Positions 15,001-28,200 of a DNA stretch of 64,000 nt are shown piece by piece. The stretch is from Squalus acanthias (Eukaryota): the NCBI GenBank assembly GCA_030390025.1, contig CM059431.1:140804001-140868000 (forward strand), read 5' to 3'. A model generated the notes under the pieces. That model was given only the letters and a program-made list of their open reading frames with translations, ran no database searches and had not been told where the DNA came from. Numbering within the stretch: the stretch's first letter is position 1; each line of letters begins with the position of its first letter. Made by a program: the position numbers and the translations under genes.

Positions 15001-16260
15001 TTGTCTTATCTCACTGGGCCCACCCTTCCCCCTGGGTTACACACTGTCTGATCTCACTAGGCACATCCTCCCCGGGATACACACTGTCTGATCTCAGTGG
15101 GCCCATCCTCCCCGGATGAGACAATGTCTGATCTCACTGGGTCCATCCTCCCCGGGTTACAGATTGTCTATTCTCACTGGGCCCATCCTCCCTGGATTAA
15201 TCACTGTCTGATTTCGCAGGGCCCATCCTCCCCTAGTTACACACTGTCTGATCTCACTGGGCCCATCCTCCCCGGTTAGACACTGATCTTATCTCACTGG
15301 GCCCATCCTCCCCGGATTACACACAGTCTGAACTCACTGGACCTATGTTCCCCGGTTTACACACTGTCTGATCACACTGGGCCCATCCTCCCCGGGTTAC
15401 ACACTGTCTGATCTCACTGGACGCATCCTCCCCAGGTTACACACTGTCTGATCTCACTGGGCCCATCCCCCCGTGTTACACACTGTCTGATCTCACTGGA
15501 TCTATCCTCCCCGGGTTACACACTGTCTGATCTCACTGGGCCCATCCCCCCGGGTTACACACTGTCTGATCTCACTGGGCCCATCCTCCCCGGGTTACAC
15601 ACTGTCTGATCTCACTGGGCCCCTCCCCTCCGGGTTACACACTGTCTGATCTCACTGGGCCCATCCTCCCCGGGTTACACACTGTCTGATCTCACTGCCC
15701 CCCAACTCCCGGGGTTACACACTGACTGATCTCACTGGGCCCATCCTCCCCGGGTTACACAATGTCTGATCTCACTGGGCCCATCCTCCCCGGGTTACAC
15801 ACTGTCTGATCACACTGGGCCCATCCTCCCCGGATTACACACTGTCTGATCTCACTGGGCCCATCCTGCCCGGGTTACACACTGTCTGATCTCACTGGGC
15901 CCATCCTGCCCGGATTACACACTGTCTGATCTCACTGGGCACATCCATCCCGGGTTACACACTGTCTGATCTCACAGGGCGCCCCCCCCGCCGGGTTACA
16001 CACTGTCTGATCTCACTGGGTCCATCCTCCCTGGGTTATACAATGTCTGATCTCACTAGGCCCACCCACACCCCCGGGTTACACACTGTCTGATCTCACT
16101 GGGCCCATCCAGCCCGGGTTACACACTGTGTGATCACACTGGGCTCATCCTCCCCGGGTTACACACTGTCTGATCTCACTGGTCCCATCCTTCCCGGGTT
16201 ACACACTGTCTGATCTCACTCGGCCCATCCTCCCCGGGTTACACACTGTCTGATCTCACT
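1..16260. repeat. 40-bp tandem satellite, consensus CTGTCTGATCTCACTGGGCCCATCCTCCCCGGGTTACACA (~400 copies; continues beyond left edge)
   Basis: Uninterrupted head-to-tail monomers read directly; each contains GGGCCC and CCCGGG palindromes; monomers become more diverged from ~13.4 kb to the right edge. Confidence 0.99.
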
Positions 16261-16434
16261 TATCTCACAGTATAACACCCGCATCTCTCACAGCACTCAG
16301 CTCCGGGGCTTTCTTTTTAGTTTTGAGTTTTTCCTCACAGTAAATGTTCGGCCATCTCAGACTTCGACATTGTCACTCATGTAAATACGCCATTTTCGTA
16401 AAAAACTGTGGACCACCCCATCCCACACTCCATC

Positions 16435-16826
16435 CCCAGACCATCCCTGTTTTATGACCTGGTTCAGTCAATTCCCTGTGATTATGTCACAGATCATCAG
16501 CTGTATTATTCCCGGTTCTATATAATTCTCTGGAATTTATATCCCGGACCATCCCTTGTATTCATTTCATTCTCCTGAAGTTGATTATAACCCGGACCAT
16601 CCCCTGTATTATGACCCGGTGCAGTTCTTTCCCTGGGGTTTATATCCCGGACCATCTCCTTTATTGCGACCCGGTTCAGTACATTCCCCGGGATTTATAT
16701 CCTGGAACATCCCATGTATTATGACTCGGTTCAGTCCATTCCCCGGGTTTTATATTCCATAACATCCCCAGTTTTATGACCTGATTAAGTCAATTCCCTG
16801 GGGGTTATATCCATGACCATCCTCTG
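16435..16826. repeat. Degenerate ~55-bp minisatellite (~7 copies), unit like CCCGGACCATCCCCTGTATTATGACCCGGTTCAGTCCATTCCCCGGGATTTATAT
   Basis: Recurrent CCGGACCATCCC / TATGACCCGGTTCAGT / TTTATAT motifs at ~55-bp spacing. Confidence 0.85.
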
Positions 16827-16859
16827 TTAGACTTAAAATCCCTCCCTGTGTGATCTAAA

Positions 16860-17100
16860 CTCTGGGCTGAGCAGCCGCGCTGTCAGGCCGTGTGCTGAAT
16901 GGAGCCGAGTTCCCTCAGTCACAGAGCGCGGCCCCTGTAACCCGGGCAACCATCCTGTTTCTTACCGTCACTCACACACCGGCCCGCGCCGCCCGGCCCG
17001 GCACACAGCAAACCCCGCCCACTGCACATCCCCGGATTAACGACAGATTGCAAGTGCGTTAGGGTTCTCTGTCCGCACTGCGCCTTTGTGAGAGCTCAAG
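16860..17100 (-). promoter_or_regulatory. Small CpG-rich island: possible promoter or first exon on the minus strand
   Basis: Local CpG density, GC box CCCCGCCC at 17013-17020, two adjacent minus-strand donor-like motifs (GTGAGT at 16975, GTAAGA at 16965). No transcript evidence. Confidence 0.35.
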
Positions 17101-17389
17101 CAAGGTCTGCCAACATTGCGCCTGAGCTTGAGTTCATGTTTCCCCTCCATGTATAAAAGCTCCGATGTGGCTTCTGTCTTCCAATCCCAAGATTGAAAAT
17201 CGTCTTATTTCTCAAATGCACTATTCCCCTAGTGTATAAACTGATTTGATGCGAGAACGTGGCACCAGGATGAAGCATTAGAGAGGAGATAAAAGGTGCT
17301 CTGAGGATTGTGAGAAACAAACAACATTAGTATAAAGAGTACTTCAGAAATAGGAGGGATCAGAGGGGGGAAATGTGAGGCAGACTGAG

Positions 17390-17685
17390 GTGGGTTTAGA
17401 GTGCATGTGCACAAATGCCCGGAGACTGGTAGATGAGCTGCAGACTCAATTAGCGACATGGGATTATGCTATCCAGCCGATAACGGAGAGTTGGCTCAGA
17501 CAAGGTCATCTGCAACGCTGTACCTGAAAGAGTTGGTGAAGCAGATTCCATAGGAACTTTCTACAGGCAATTGGACCTTTGTTTGAAGAGGATTGATGTG
17601 CAGGGTTATGGGGAAAAGCTGGGGTGTGAGTCTATTCGACATCTCTTTCAAAGAGCACGACGGGCCGAATGGCTTCATTCTGCGC
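17390..17685 (+). mobile_element. Old CR1 LINE fragments (endonuclease start joined to a 3' end)
   Basis: Resembles the NARS..VDEL..AITESWL coding segment and the 3' UTR of the intact CR1 copies in this window. Confidence 0.65.
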
Positions 17686-17714
17686 TTTAAAATTTACTAA
17701 TTTTATGGATTCCA

Positions 17715-19600
17715 AGGTGACAACAAGGCGGCTTTTGACTCGGTTTGGCACCAGGAGCCCTAGGATCCTTAGGTCAATATGGATAAAAGGGACAAACCTG
17801 CTGTGGCTGGAATCATCGGATTTCAGTAATGGTTCGGGGTTGTATTACACGGTAATAAGTCTCCAGATTTACTGTTTGTTTGTAAGCGTGTGATAAACGA
17901 GATTATATTTCAATAATATGTCCAACAGATGTATGTTAGCGTGTGAGATTCCATTTCGAAGTATTTTTTAAATAACGCTGCCACAAGTAGTTAATCTCTA
18001 AAATAAAGCACTAATTTCTTACCTGATCCATTATTTATAGGTCAACTTTTCAATATCATTGAACTACTACACAAAAAAACGCGACGGTTCAGTTCTGCTA
18101 CAATAAAGCACTATAATGGTGCTCAGTATATTCCGGGTCTTTACCTTGTGCTGCGACTCCTGATTCTTTTCGAGAGAGTCCGAGTAAGTTAGCGTTGTGA
18201 GTTCTGCAGGCTAATGAACACACACAGGGTAAAGCTCAGTTACACTTCACAGTCATAAACACCACCTTCATTCTGATCAGTACAATCCCAACCCCCACCC
18301 CCCACCCTGTTCTCTGGTGCAGGGTTGGCTCTGAAATCCACACGGTCGCATTTAGTTTTAACTGTTCTGAGAAATTATTGGCCTTTTCACCAAATCATTA
18401 ATTCTGTGTATGTGGTAACAATTATTAAATTTCCCCCAAGCTCTTCCAACTCTGGTTCTGAAGATCCATCAATGAATCCTTGTCCTTTAGCCGGAATCAG
18501 TTTCCTTTCCATTTCATTGCTCAGCGTATAACCTCTTTATTATCAGACTATAAAAGGGCTCAGATAACAAGGGACAAAGATTGCTGTTAGTTTGATGTGC
18601 TCAAACATCACAGGGAAGGGCACAGTGAGCTGGCTGAGTTTAAATGTTAATGATTGGAATTATCATCGCTTTCGATCTGTTTCCTTGTCCGGATTCTAAC
18701 GCTGTGCAAATGAGCTATATTCGTATCCCGGCTATATTCCTCTCGGTACTGAGACTTTGCTGATGATAATCTGACCTGGATCTCCGAGAATTTGTACAAA
18801 TCCCGTCACAGGGCTGGTTAATGGTTATTGTCCAATGATGCTCATTTATTAGCAAAAGAACATTGATTGTAAAATCCGGGAGATTATCTCCAGTCAATGA
18901 GTAACAGTCTCGGCCTTGATCTGGAGCTTCACACCCATGAGTATCAGGCTTGGGGTTTCACTTACTGGAACTGAATCAGAAAATGCGATAACAAGTGAAA
19001 TATCTGCTTTACCAGCCTGTTTACTTTTATTGGTGGTGCTTTCATTTCACCTTTTCATTTAATGTTTGTTTTAACAGTTTGCCTGCGGATTTAATTTATT
19101 GTGGGGCTGAAAAATTATGACCGTTAAATTCATGTCCAGATTAACATTTGTATTTAAGTTCAATATTGAATGTTGATGCTATCCCTTGCTAGTCCGCCGT
19201 GTCGCATTTCCCTTCCTGTTCCTCTGTACTGACACTCCCAATCTATTTACGACTCCTCCTGCTTTATGTCAGAAATCCCAACCTTTTATTGTCTACTTCC
19301 ACCACCGGTGTTGTGCTTGGTCTTAAATGATTGCTTCCCTCCCCCACCGGTTTCATATCTGTTTCATTCCCATCAGCTGTCTGTCTGATTCTGCAGTAAC
19401 TTCCCTTCCCTAGATGCACTTTCCATCCCACCTGTTCCATGCCTGAATGTCCCCTGCAACTGTAAGCGCTTCATGTTCTACAACTTTCCGTCACCATAAA
19501 TCACCCCTAACCCTTTATTCCTTCCTTCAGCTACTGCAATCCAGATTCTCCCCTTGCCCTTCCTTTCCTCCTGCTCCGTTCCAGATCTCCCCACATCTCT
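17715..19600 (-). repeat. Low-copy duplicated unit, copy A (inverted relative to copies B-D); left end is an old LINE RT fragment
   Basis: Reverse complement aligns by eye with 57040-58360, 60400-61780 and 62020-63310 (e.g. AATGAGTAACAGTCTCGGCCTTGATC, CTTACTGGAACTGAATCAG); 17719 onward encodes DNKAAFDSVWHQ, like the LINE RT motif DIKAAFDxVWH. Confidence 0.85.
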
Positions 19601-19774
19601 ATCTCTAATAGCCATAACAGAGAAGTGGTTGCAAAGAGGCCAAGGTTGTGAACTAAATATTCCAGGATACTTTACTTTTTGAAGAAATAGGCAAAATGGA
19701 AAAGGACGAGCTGTAGCGCTGATAATGTAAGGGGAATAGACAGGAGTTTCTGTGGCCGCAACCGAGATTCCAGG

Positions 19775-20209
19775 ATGGTATGTTGCCTCACTGGTGCAAG
19801 GGTCAAGGATGTCTCGGAGCGGCTGCAGAACATTCTGGAAAGGGAGGGTGAAGAGCCAGCTGTCGTGGTGCATGTAGGTACAAACGATATAGGTAAAAAG
19901 CGGGAAGAGGTCCTACAAGCAGAATTTAGGGAGCTAGGAGCTAAATTGAAAAGTAGGACCTCAAAGGTAGTAATCTCTGGGTTGCTAGCAGTGCCACGTG
20001 CTAATCAGAGTAGCATGAACAGGATAGCGAGATTAAATACGTGGCTTGAGCAGTGGTGCAGGAGGGAGGGATTCAAATACCTGAGACATTGGAACCAGTT
20101 CTGTGGGAAGTGGGACCTGTACAAATGGGACGGTCTGCACTTGGGCAGGACTGGAACCGATGTCCTCGGGGTAATATTTGCTAAGGCAGTTAGGGAGGAT
20201 TTAAACTAA
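19775..20209 (+). pseudogene. CR1 ORF1 SGNH/GDSL esterase domain (5'-truncated)
   Basis: CLTGARVKDV, HVGTND, WDGLHL motifs typical of CR1 ORF1. Confidence 0.9.
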
Positions 20210-20256
20210 TATGGCAGGGGAATGGGAACCTATGTAGCGAAACAGGGGGAAGTAAT

Positions 20257-23202
20257 ATGCAGTCAGAAACAAATGTTAGAAGGGTGAGAAACAATAAGGG
20301 AAACCCGAGTAAACAAAGGCAAGAAACACAAAGGGCCATACTAAATCATAAGTCTAAAAGGACAAAGGGTGTTAATAAAACAAGCCTAAAGGTTCTGTGT
20401 CTTAATGCAAGGAGTATCCGTAATAAGGTGGATGAATTGACTATGCAAATTGATGTTAACGGATATGATGTGATTGGGATTACAGAGACGTGGCTCCAGA
20501 ACAATCAAGGCTGGGAACTGAATATCCAGGGGTATTCAACATTCAGGAAGGATAGAATAAAAGGAAAAGGTGGTGGGGTAGCATTGCTGGTTAAAAAGGA
20601 GATTAATGCAATAGCTGGGAAGGACATTAGCTTGGAGGATGTGGAATCAATATGGGTTGAGCTGCAGAACACCAACGGGCAGAAAACGTTAGTGGGGGTT
20701 GTGTACAGACCTCCAAACAGTAGTAGTGAGGTGGGGGAGGGTAGGAAACAGGAAATCAGAGTTGCATGCAAAAAGGCGCAGCAGTTATCATGGGTGACTT
20801 TAATATGCATATAGATTGGGCTACTCAAACTGGAAGCAATACGGTGGAGGAGGATTTCCTGGATTGTTTAAGGGATGGTTTCCTAAACCAATATGTTGAG
20901 GAACCAACTAGAGGGGAGGCCATCCTGGACTGGGTGTTGTGTAATGAGGAAGGACTAATCAGCAATCTTGTGGTGCGAGGCCCCTTGGGGAAGAGTGACC
21001 ATAGTATGGTGGAGTTCTACATTAGGATGGAGAAGGAAACAGTTAATTCAGAGACCATGGCCCAGAACTTAAATAAGGGCAACTTTGAGGGTATGAGGCG
21101 TGAATTGGCGAGGTTAGATTGGCAAGCGATATTTAAGGGGTTATCAGTGGAAGGGCAATGGCGGACATTTAGAGATCACATGGATGAACTACAGCAATTG
21201 TACATCCCTGTCTGGCGTAAAAATGAAAAAGGGAAGGTGGCTCAACCATGCCTCACAAGGGAAATCAGGGATAGTATTAAAAGCAAGGAAGTGGCATACA
21301 AATTGGCCAGAAGTAGCAGCAAACCCGGGGACTGGGAGAACTTTAAAACTCAGCAGAGGAGGACGAAGGGTTTGATTAGGGCAGGGAAAATAAAATATGA
21401 AAGGAAGCTTGCGGAGAACATTAAAACGGACTGCAAAAGCTTCTATAAATATGTAAAAAGAAAGAGGTTAGTAAAAACAAACGTAGGTCCCCTGCAGTCA
21501 GAAACAGGGGAAGTCATAATGGGGAACAAAGAAATGGCAAATCAATTGAACAAGTACTTTGGTTCGGTGTTTACTGTGGAGGACAGAAGCAACCTTCCGG
21601 AAATAAAAGAGATCAAAGGATCTGGTAAGAGGGAGGAGCTGAGGGAAATCCTTATCAGTCGGGAAAAGGTGTTGGGAAAATTGATGGGACTGAAGGCTGA
21701 TAAATCCCCAGTGCCTGATGGTCTGCATCCCAGAGTACTTAAGGAGGTGGCCTTGGAAATAGTGGATGCATTGACGATCATTTTCCAACATTCCTTAGAC
21801 TCTGGATCAGTTCCGATGGAGTGGAGGGTGGCTAATGTAACCCCTCTTTTTAAAAAAGGAGGGAGGGAGAAAGCAGGGAATTATAGACCGGTCAGCCTGA
21901 CATCGGTGGTGGGTAAAATGATGGAATCAATTATTAAAGATGCCATAACAGACCATTTGGAAAGTGGCGACATGATAGGTCCAAGTCAGCATGGCTTTGT
22001 GAAAGGGAAATCATGCTTGACAAATCTTCTGGAATTGTTTGAGGATGTTTCCAATAGGGTGGACGGGGGGGGGGGGGGGGGAACCAGTAGATGTGGTGTA
22101 TTTGGACTTTCAGAAGGCCTTCGACAAGGTCCCACACAAGAGATTGGTGTGCAAAGTTAAAGCACATGGGATTGGGGTTAATGTGTTGACGTGGATTGAG
22201 AACTGGTCGGCACACAGGAAACAAAGAGTAGGAGTAAATGGGTACTTTTCAGAATGGCAGGCAGTGACCAGCGGGGTACCGCAGGGTTCGGTGCTGGGGC
22301 CCCAGCTGTTTACATTATATATTAATGATTTGGACGAAGGGATTAATTGTAATATCTCCAAATTTGCGGATGACACTAAATTGGGAGGCAGTGTGAACAA
22401 TGAGGAGGATGCTAGGAGGCTACAGAGTGAATTGGACAGGTTGGGTGAATGGGCAAATGTATGGCAGATGAAGTACAATGTGGATAAATGTGAGGTTATC
22501 CACTTTGGTGGTAAAAATAGGGAGGCAGACTATTACCTGAATGGTGGCAGATTAGGGAAAGGGGAGGCGGAACGAGACCTTGGCGTCATGGTACATCAGT
22601 CACTGAAGGTGGGAAGGCAAGTGCAGCAGGCAGTCAAGAAAGCAAATGGCATGATGGCCTTCATAGCAAGGGGATTTGAATACAGGAGTAGGGAGGTGAT
22701 GCTACAGTTGTACAGGGCCTTGGTGAGGCCACACCTGGAGTATTGTGTGCAGTTTTGGTCTCCTAACTTGAGGAAGGACATTCTTGCTATTGAGGGAGTG
22801 CAACGAAGGTTCACTAGATTGATTCCTGGGATGGCCAGACTGACATATCAAGAAAGACTGGATCAACTGAACCTGTATCCTCTGGAGTTCAGAAGAATGA
22901 GGGAGGATCTTATAGAGACGTTTAAAATCCTGACTGGTTTAGACAAATTAGATGCGGGCAGAATGTTTCCAATGTTAGGGAAAACTAAAACCAGGGGTCA
23001 CAGTCTAAGGATAAAGGGGAAGCCATTTAAGACTGAGATGAGGAGGAACTTCTTCACCCAGAGAGTGGTGAATCTGTGGATTTCTCTGCCACAGAAGGTT
23101 GTTGAGGTCAGTTCGCTAAATATATTCAAAAGGGAGTTAGATATAATACTCACAACTAGAGGGATCAAGGGGTATGGCGAGAAAGCAGGAATGGGGTACT
23201 GA
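20257..23202 (+). pseudogene. CR1 ORF2 endonuclease/reverse transcriptase in three overlapping ORFs (20257-20814, 20766-22160, 22039-23202)
   Basis: Frameshifts near 20775 (A run) and at the G17 run 22065-22081; otherwise no internal stops. Confidence 0.93.
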
Positions 23203-25146
23203 GGTAGCATGTTCAGCCATGAACGCATTAAATGGCGGTGCAGGCTCGAAGGACCGAATGGTCTACTCCTGCACCTATTTTCTATGTTTCTATGTTTCTA
23301 TGAAGGATGGGATAAAGAGAGTAGAGAGAAATGATGTTAGCTCCGACAATCAAGAAGTAGAATCAGTTTGGGTGGAGCCAAGAACAGCAAGTGGCAGAAC
23401 ACTTTGGTGGGAGTTGTTTATAGGCCCTCAAGCAGCAGAGTATAAATCAGGAAATTAGAGGCGCATGTAACAACGGTAATACAGTAATAATAGACTTTAA
23501 TCTACAAATAGACAGGGCAAACCAAATTTGCAGCAGTAGTGTGGAGGACGGATTCATGGAATGTATGCAAGATAGTTTTTGAGATCAGTATGTTGAGGAA
23601 GCAACTAGGGAACAGCCTATTTTACATCTAGTATTGTGCAATGAGAAAGGGTTAATTAATAATTTTCTAGTAAAGGGGCATTTAGGGAAGAGTGACCATA
23701 ATATGCTAGAATTTATATTGAGTTTGAAAGTGCTTTAGTTAAATCCGAAACTAGGGTCCTAAATCTAAACAAAGCAAACTAGGTAGGTATGTGAGGCGAC
23801 TTGGCTAAGGTATATTGGGAAACTACATTAAAATGTATGATTGTAGACAAGCAATGGCTAGCATTTAAAGAATTAATACATCATTGACAGTAAATATACA
23901 TTCCTTTCAGGCACAAAAACCCCCAGAGGAAAAGAGGTCCAACCGTGGCTAACAAGAGAAGTTAAAGATAGTATTCGATAAAAGGAAGAGGCTTATAATG
24001 TTGCCAAAAAGATTAGCAAGCCTGAGGATTGGGAGGATTTTAGAATTCAGTAAAGGAGGTCCAATAAATTGATAAAGAAAGTGAAAATAGAATATGAGAG
24101 TAAACTAGCGAGAGACATAAAAACAGACTGTAAAATTTTCTCTCGGTATGTAAAATGGTAAAGATTAGCGAAAGAAAGTGTGTGTCCCTTCCAGGCTGAG
24201 ACAGGAGAAGTTATAATGGGGAATAAGGAAATGGCTGAGAAATTAAGCAAATACTTTGTGTCTGTCTTCATGGGAGAGTTAACAAACTTCCCGGAAATAG
24301 TGGAGAACCAAGGCTCCAGCATGAATGAGGAACTGAATGAAATTAGTATTATTAAAGAAATACTACTGGAGAAATTAATAGGACTGAAAGCAGATCAATC
24401 CCCTGGACCTGATGGCCTACATCCTAGAGCTTTGAAAGAGGTGTCTATAGAGATGTTGGATGCATTGGTTGTCATTTTCCAATATTCCATAGATTCTGGA
24501 ACGTTTTGCACGGATTGGAAGGTAGCAAATATAACCCCAATATTTAAGAAAGGAGGGAGAGAGAAAACGGGGAACTACAGACCAGATAGGCTGACATCAG
24601 TAGTAGGGAAAAGGCTAGAATCTATTGTTAAGGACGGAGTAATAGGGCACTTAGAAAATAATAATAGAATTGGGCAGAGTCAACACGGATTTATGAAACG
24701 GAAATCAAGCATGACAAATCTGTTAGAGATTTTTGAGGTTGTAACTAGCAGAATAGATAAGGGCGGGACCAGTTGATGTGATGTATTAGGATTTTCATAA
24801 GGCATTCGATAACGTGCCACACAAGAGGTTATTAAACTACATTACTCATGGGATTGGGGGTAATATACTGGCATGGATTGAGGATTGGGTAATGGACAGA
24901 AAACTAACGGGTCATTTTCGGGTTGGCAGGCTGTAACTAGTGGGATACCGCAAGGATCAGTGCTTGGGCCACAGCTATTCACAATCTATAGCAATGATTT
25001 GGATGAGGGCCTAAATGTAATATATCCAAGTTTGCTGATGTTACAAAGCTGGGTAGGAATGTAAGTTGTGATGAAGATGCAAAGAGGCTTCAAGGAGATA
25101 TAGACAGGCTAAGTGAAAGGGCAAGAACATGGCAAATGGAATATTA

Positions 25147-25624
25147 GGAAAAGAAAAAGAAAAACTTACATTTATATAGCGCCTTTCACGACTGCCGGAT
25201 GGTTCAAAGCGCTTTACCGGCAATTAAGTACTTTTTTGGAGCGCAGTCACTGTTGTAATGTGGGAAATGCGGCAGCCAATTTGCGCACAGCAAGCTCCCA
25301 CAAACAGCAATGTGATAATGACCAGATAATCTGTTTTTGTTATGGTGATTGAGGAATAAATATTGGCCAGGAAATCGGGGATAACTCCCCTGCTTATTCC
25401 TCGAAATAGTGATCTGGGATCCTTTAAGTCTACCTGAGAGATTAGACGGGGCATCGGTTTAACGTCTCATCCAGAAGATGGCACCTCCGACAGTGCTGCA
25501 CTCCCTGAGCACTGCACTGGAGTGTCAGCCTAGCTTTATGGGCTCAAGTCCCTGCAGTTGGACTTCAACGCGCAACCTTCTGACTCAGAGGCGACTGTGA
25601 TACACACTGAGTCACAGCTGACAC
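25147..25624 (-). mobile_element. tRNA-derived DeuSINE (SacSINE1-like) inserted in the older CR1
   Basis: Minus strand has a tRNA-like head (GTGACTCAGTG...GTTGAAGTCC), the Deu-domain-like GTCGGAGGTGCC...GGATGAGACGTTAAACCG and an L2-like tail AAAGGCGCTATATAAATG; CR1 reading (MEY|VDKC) resumes on both sides. Family name from recall, not a search. Confidence 0.8.
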
Positions 25625-26445
25625 TGTGGACAAATGTGAAGTTATCCACTTTGGTTGGAAAAATAGAAAAGCAGAGTATTTTTTAAAATGCTGAGAGATT
25701 GGGAAATTTTTGTGTTCTGAGGGACCTGTGTGTCCTTATACACGAATCACTGAAAGTTAACATGCAGGTGGTACAGCAAGCAATTAGGAAAGCAAATGGT
25801 AGGTTGGCCTTTATTACAAGAGGATTTGAGTGTAAGAGTGAAGAGGTCTTACTGCAATTATATAGGGTCTTGGTGAGACCACACCTGGAGTATTGTGTAC
25901 AGTTTTCGTCTCCTTACCTAAGGAAGGATATATTTGCTATGCAGGGAGTGCAACGAAGGTTCACCAGACTGGTCCCTGGAATGGGTGGATTGACTTATGA
26001 GGAGAGATTGACTGGTCTAGGCCTATATTCTCTAGAGTTTAGAAGAATGAGAGGTGATCTCATTGAAACATACAAAATTCTTACAGGGTTTGACAGGGTA
26101 GATGCAGGGAGAATGTTTCCCCTGGCGGGGGATTCTAGAACCAGGGCTCACGGTCTCAGAATAAGGGGTCGGCCATTTAGGACTGAGATGAGGAGAAATT
26201 TCTTCACTCAGAGGGTGGTGAATCTTTTGAATTCTCTACCCCAGAGGGCTGTGGAGGCTCAGTTGTTGAGTATATGCAAGACGGAGATCGATAGATTTTT
26301 GAATAATAAGGGAATCAAGGGATTTGGGGATTGTACAGGAAAGTGGAGATTTGGTAGAAGATCAGCCATGATCTCATTGAATGGCGGAGCAGGCTCGAAG
26401 GGCTAAATGGCCGACTCCTGCTCCGATTACTTGTGCTCTTATGTT

Positions 26446-28200
26446 TCCTCGTTGGTTCCATGACATATTGTTTGAGGAAACTTTCTCGAATACATTCCAT
26501 GAACTTGTTCTCCAGACTACACTTGTCAATTTGATTTGGCCTATCTACATGCAGATTAAAGCCCCTATGATTATTGTCTTACCTGTGCTACAATACTCTG
26601 TCCAATGTTATAGCTACTGTTAGGGGGCCTATAAACTTCTCCCACCACTTTTCTTCCGCAACTTTTTAAATCTTATAAAAATCCATACTAATACTACTTT
26701 TTGATCTTCTGAGCCAAGATCCTTCCTCACTACTGTCCTTATGTCATCCTTAATTATCAGGGCTACAGCACCTCCCCCGTCACCTGTTCCAGTCTGCCTG
26801 TTTTTTCGATAGATCAAGTACCCTGTAATATTTAGTTCCCAACCCTGTTCAGCCTTGTAACCATATCACTGCAATTGCTATTGGATCGCACCCATTTTTC
26901 ACTAATTGTGCCACTAATTCGTCTACCTTGCTGCAAATGCTTCGTGCATTAAGGTAAAGAGCCTTTAGTTTTAATATTTTACCATTATTCCCTGCTTTCA
27001 TCTTATTCCCTGATGCACGATTACCTTTGAACTCTATGGCTTAGAAATTCATCTCGGGCGTTGGCGAAAAAATGGGCGGTATCGGATCGGCCGCCCCTTA
27101 ACGCAACATCTGATATTGAGTTCCATTGACTGCAACAGAACAGAATATAAGGCGCTGTGTATAACGGGCAACATACCACTGCTACTCCAAAATTCCTTTT
27201 TCACTCACTCCACTTGTTTGACCTCTTGTAAAATGGTGCTGTGGTCAGTTTGCTCATCCAACCTGCAGACTTTGCCATCATCCACACAGGCAGCAAGAAC
27301 CTCATATATGTTGGATAAATGTAAATGTCGAGTCTCCTCCAGCACTGCACCTGCGGTCCCCTTACCTGCTTGAGTTGCAGTCACACCCTCCTTTCCCGAC
27401 CACTAACCAGACCTAACCTAAGGGGTGTGACTGCCTCCTGGATCAAAGTGTCCAGAAAACTCTCCCCCGCCCTGATGCCCCGCAACATCTGCACCTCGGA
27501 TTCCAGCTCAAACACTGAGTTGAGGTTCCTCGAACTGCAGACACTTACTGCAGAAATGGTTGTCCGGGATTGCAATGCTCAACACAAACTCCCACATGCT
27601 GCAGTTGTGGCACATCATCTGCACTGTCATCCTTTTATAAGCTTCTTCTAATTATTTAGTGAATTAACGTTTATGTATTTAATTAAGTTAGCTTAAAGTT
27701 TAGTTTTTAATTAATTAGCATATCTAGTTAAAGTTCTAGGTAGACGAAATTAAATTACCTGTAACACGACGCACTCCAAGTATTGAAGGAAAAGAGCAGC
27801 ACTTCCTTCCCCCTCTGCGCCGAATTCCCACTCTCTCCAAATTCCCAAATTTGAACACTGTTTAGAAGCACTCGGTTTAAGACACTCTCTGCAGACCACT
27901 CTGCGCATCAGCATATACTGTTTACTTTTATATCTTTGAAACCACACCCAAGCTATAAGTACTGCCTCAGCTCCCTGCCACAGTAATTAGCAGCTATTCA
28001 AGACAAACACTTGCAGCTGACTGACAGTTAACTGCCATTAAAGGCATTTTCTGTTAACTGTACTGCAGATTTTAAAGTTCTAAGTTAAATTCAACATGTT
28101 CAACTAAATTTCACTTTTTACAACTAATACTCATCTAGCAATTACCAGAGACTTGCACTCTCTCCAAGTTCCCAAGTTTCAACACTCTGTTTTACGTCAC
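26446..28200 (-). mobile_element. Degraded CR1 pieces: EN region (26446-27000), ORF1 N-terminal region (27190-27630) and probable 5' UTR; short DNA-transposon-like insert ~27038-27175
   Basis: Minus-strand GGGAVALIIKDDI, MECIRESFLKQYV, ELESEVQMLRGIR peptides. Confidence 0.75.

Larger units (their letters stand above)
19728..23302 (+). mobile_element. Young 5'-truncated CR1 LINE: ORF1 esterase C-terminus + ORF2 (APE-RT) with two frameshifts
   Basis: ORF1 part with VVVHVGTND and DGLHL (SGNH-like); ORF2 motifs [33 protein letters not shown]; (TTTCTATG)n tail ending at 23302. Confidence 0.97.
19605..26445 (+). mobile_element. Older CR1 LINE ORF2 (19605-19727 + 23303-26445), interrupted by a young CR1 and a SINE
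   Basis: Endonuclease reading ..ALIM|KDGIKRVER.. is continuous across the young insertion; degraded EN/RT ORFs 24180-24776 and 25699-26406; CR1 3' UTR at ~26360-26445. Confidence 0.9.

Noticed and set aside
1..16260. CRISPR array, or short ORFs in the 40-bp repeat
   Set aside because: Monomers are contiguous with no unique spacers and no cas genes; the unit is not a multiple of 3 and carries TGA, so the ORFs are chance products.
16335..16370. Minus-strand MSKSE resembling hnRNP A1 exon 1
   Set aside because: No GT donor follows and the frame stops after 11 codons; likely coincidence.
20505..23228. Antisense ORFs over CR1 (and similar ones over the other LINEs and the Gypsy)
   Set aside because: Shadow frames of retroelement coding sequence with no independent motifs.
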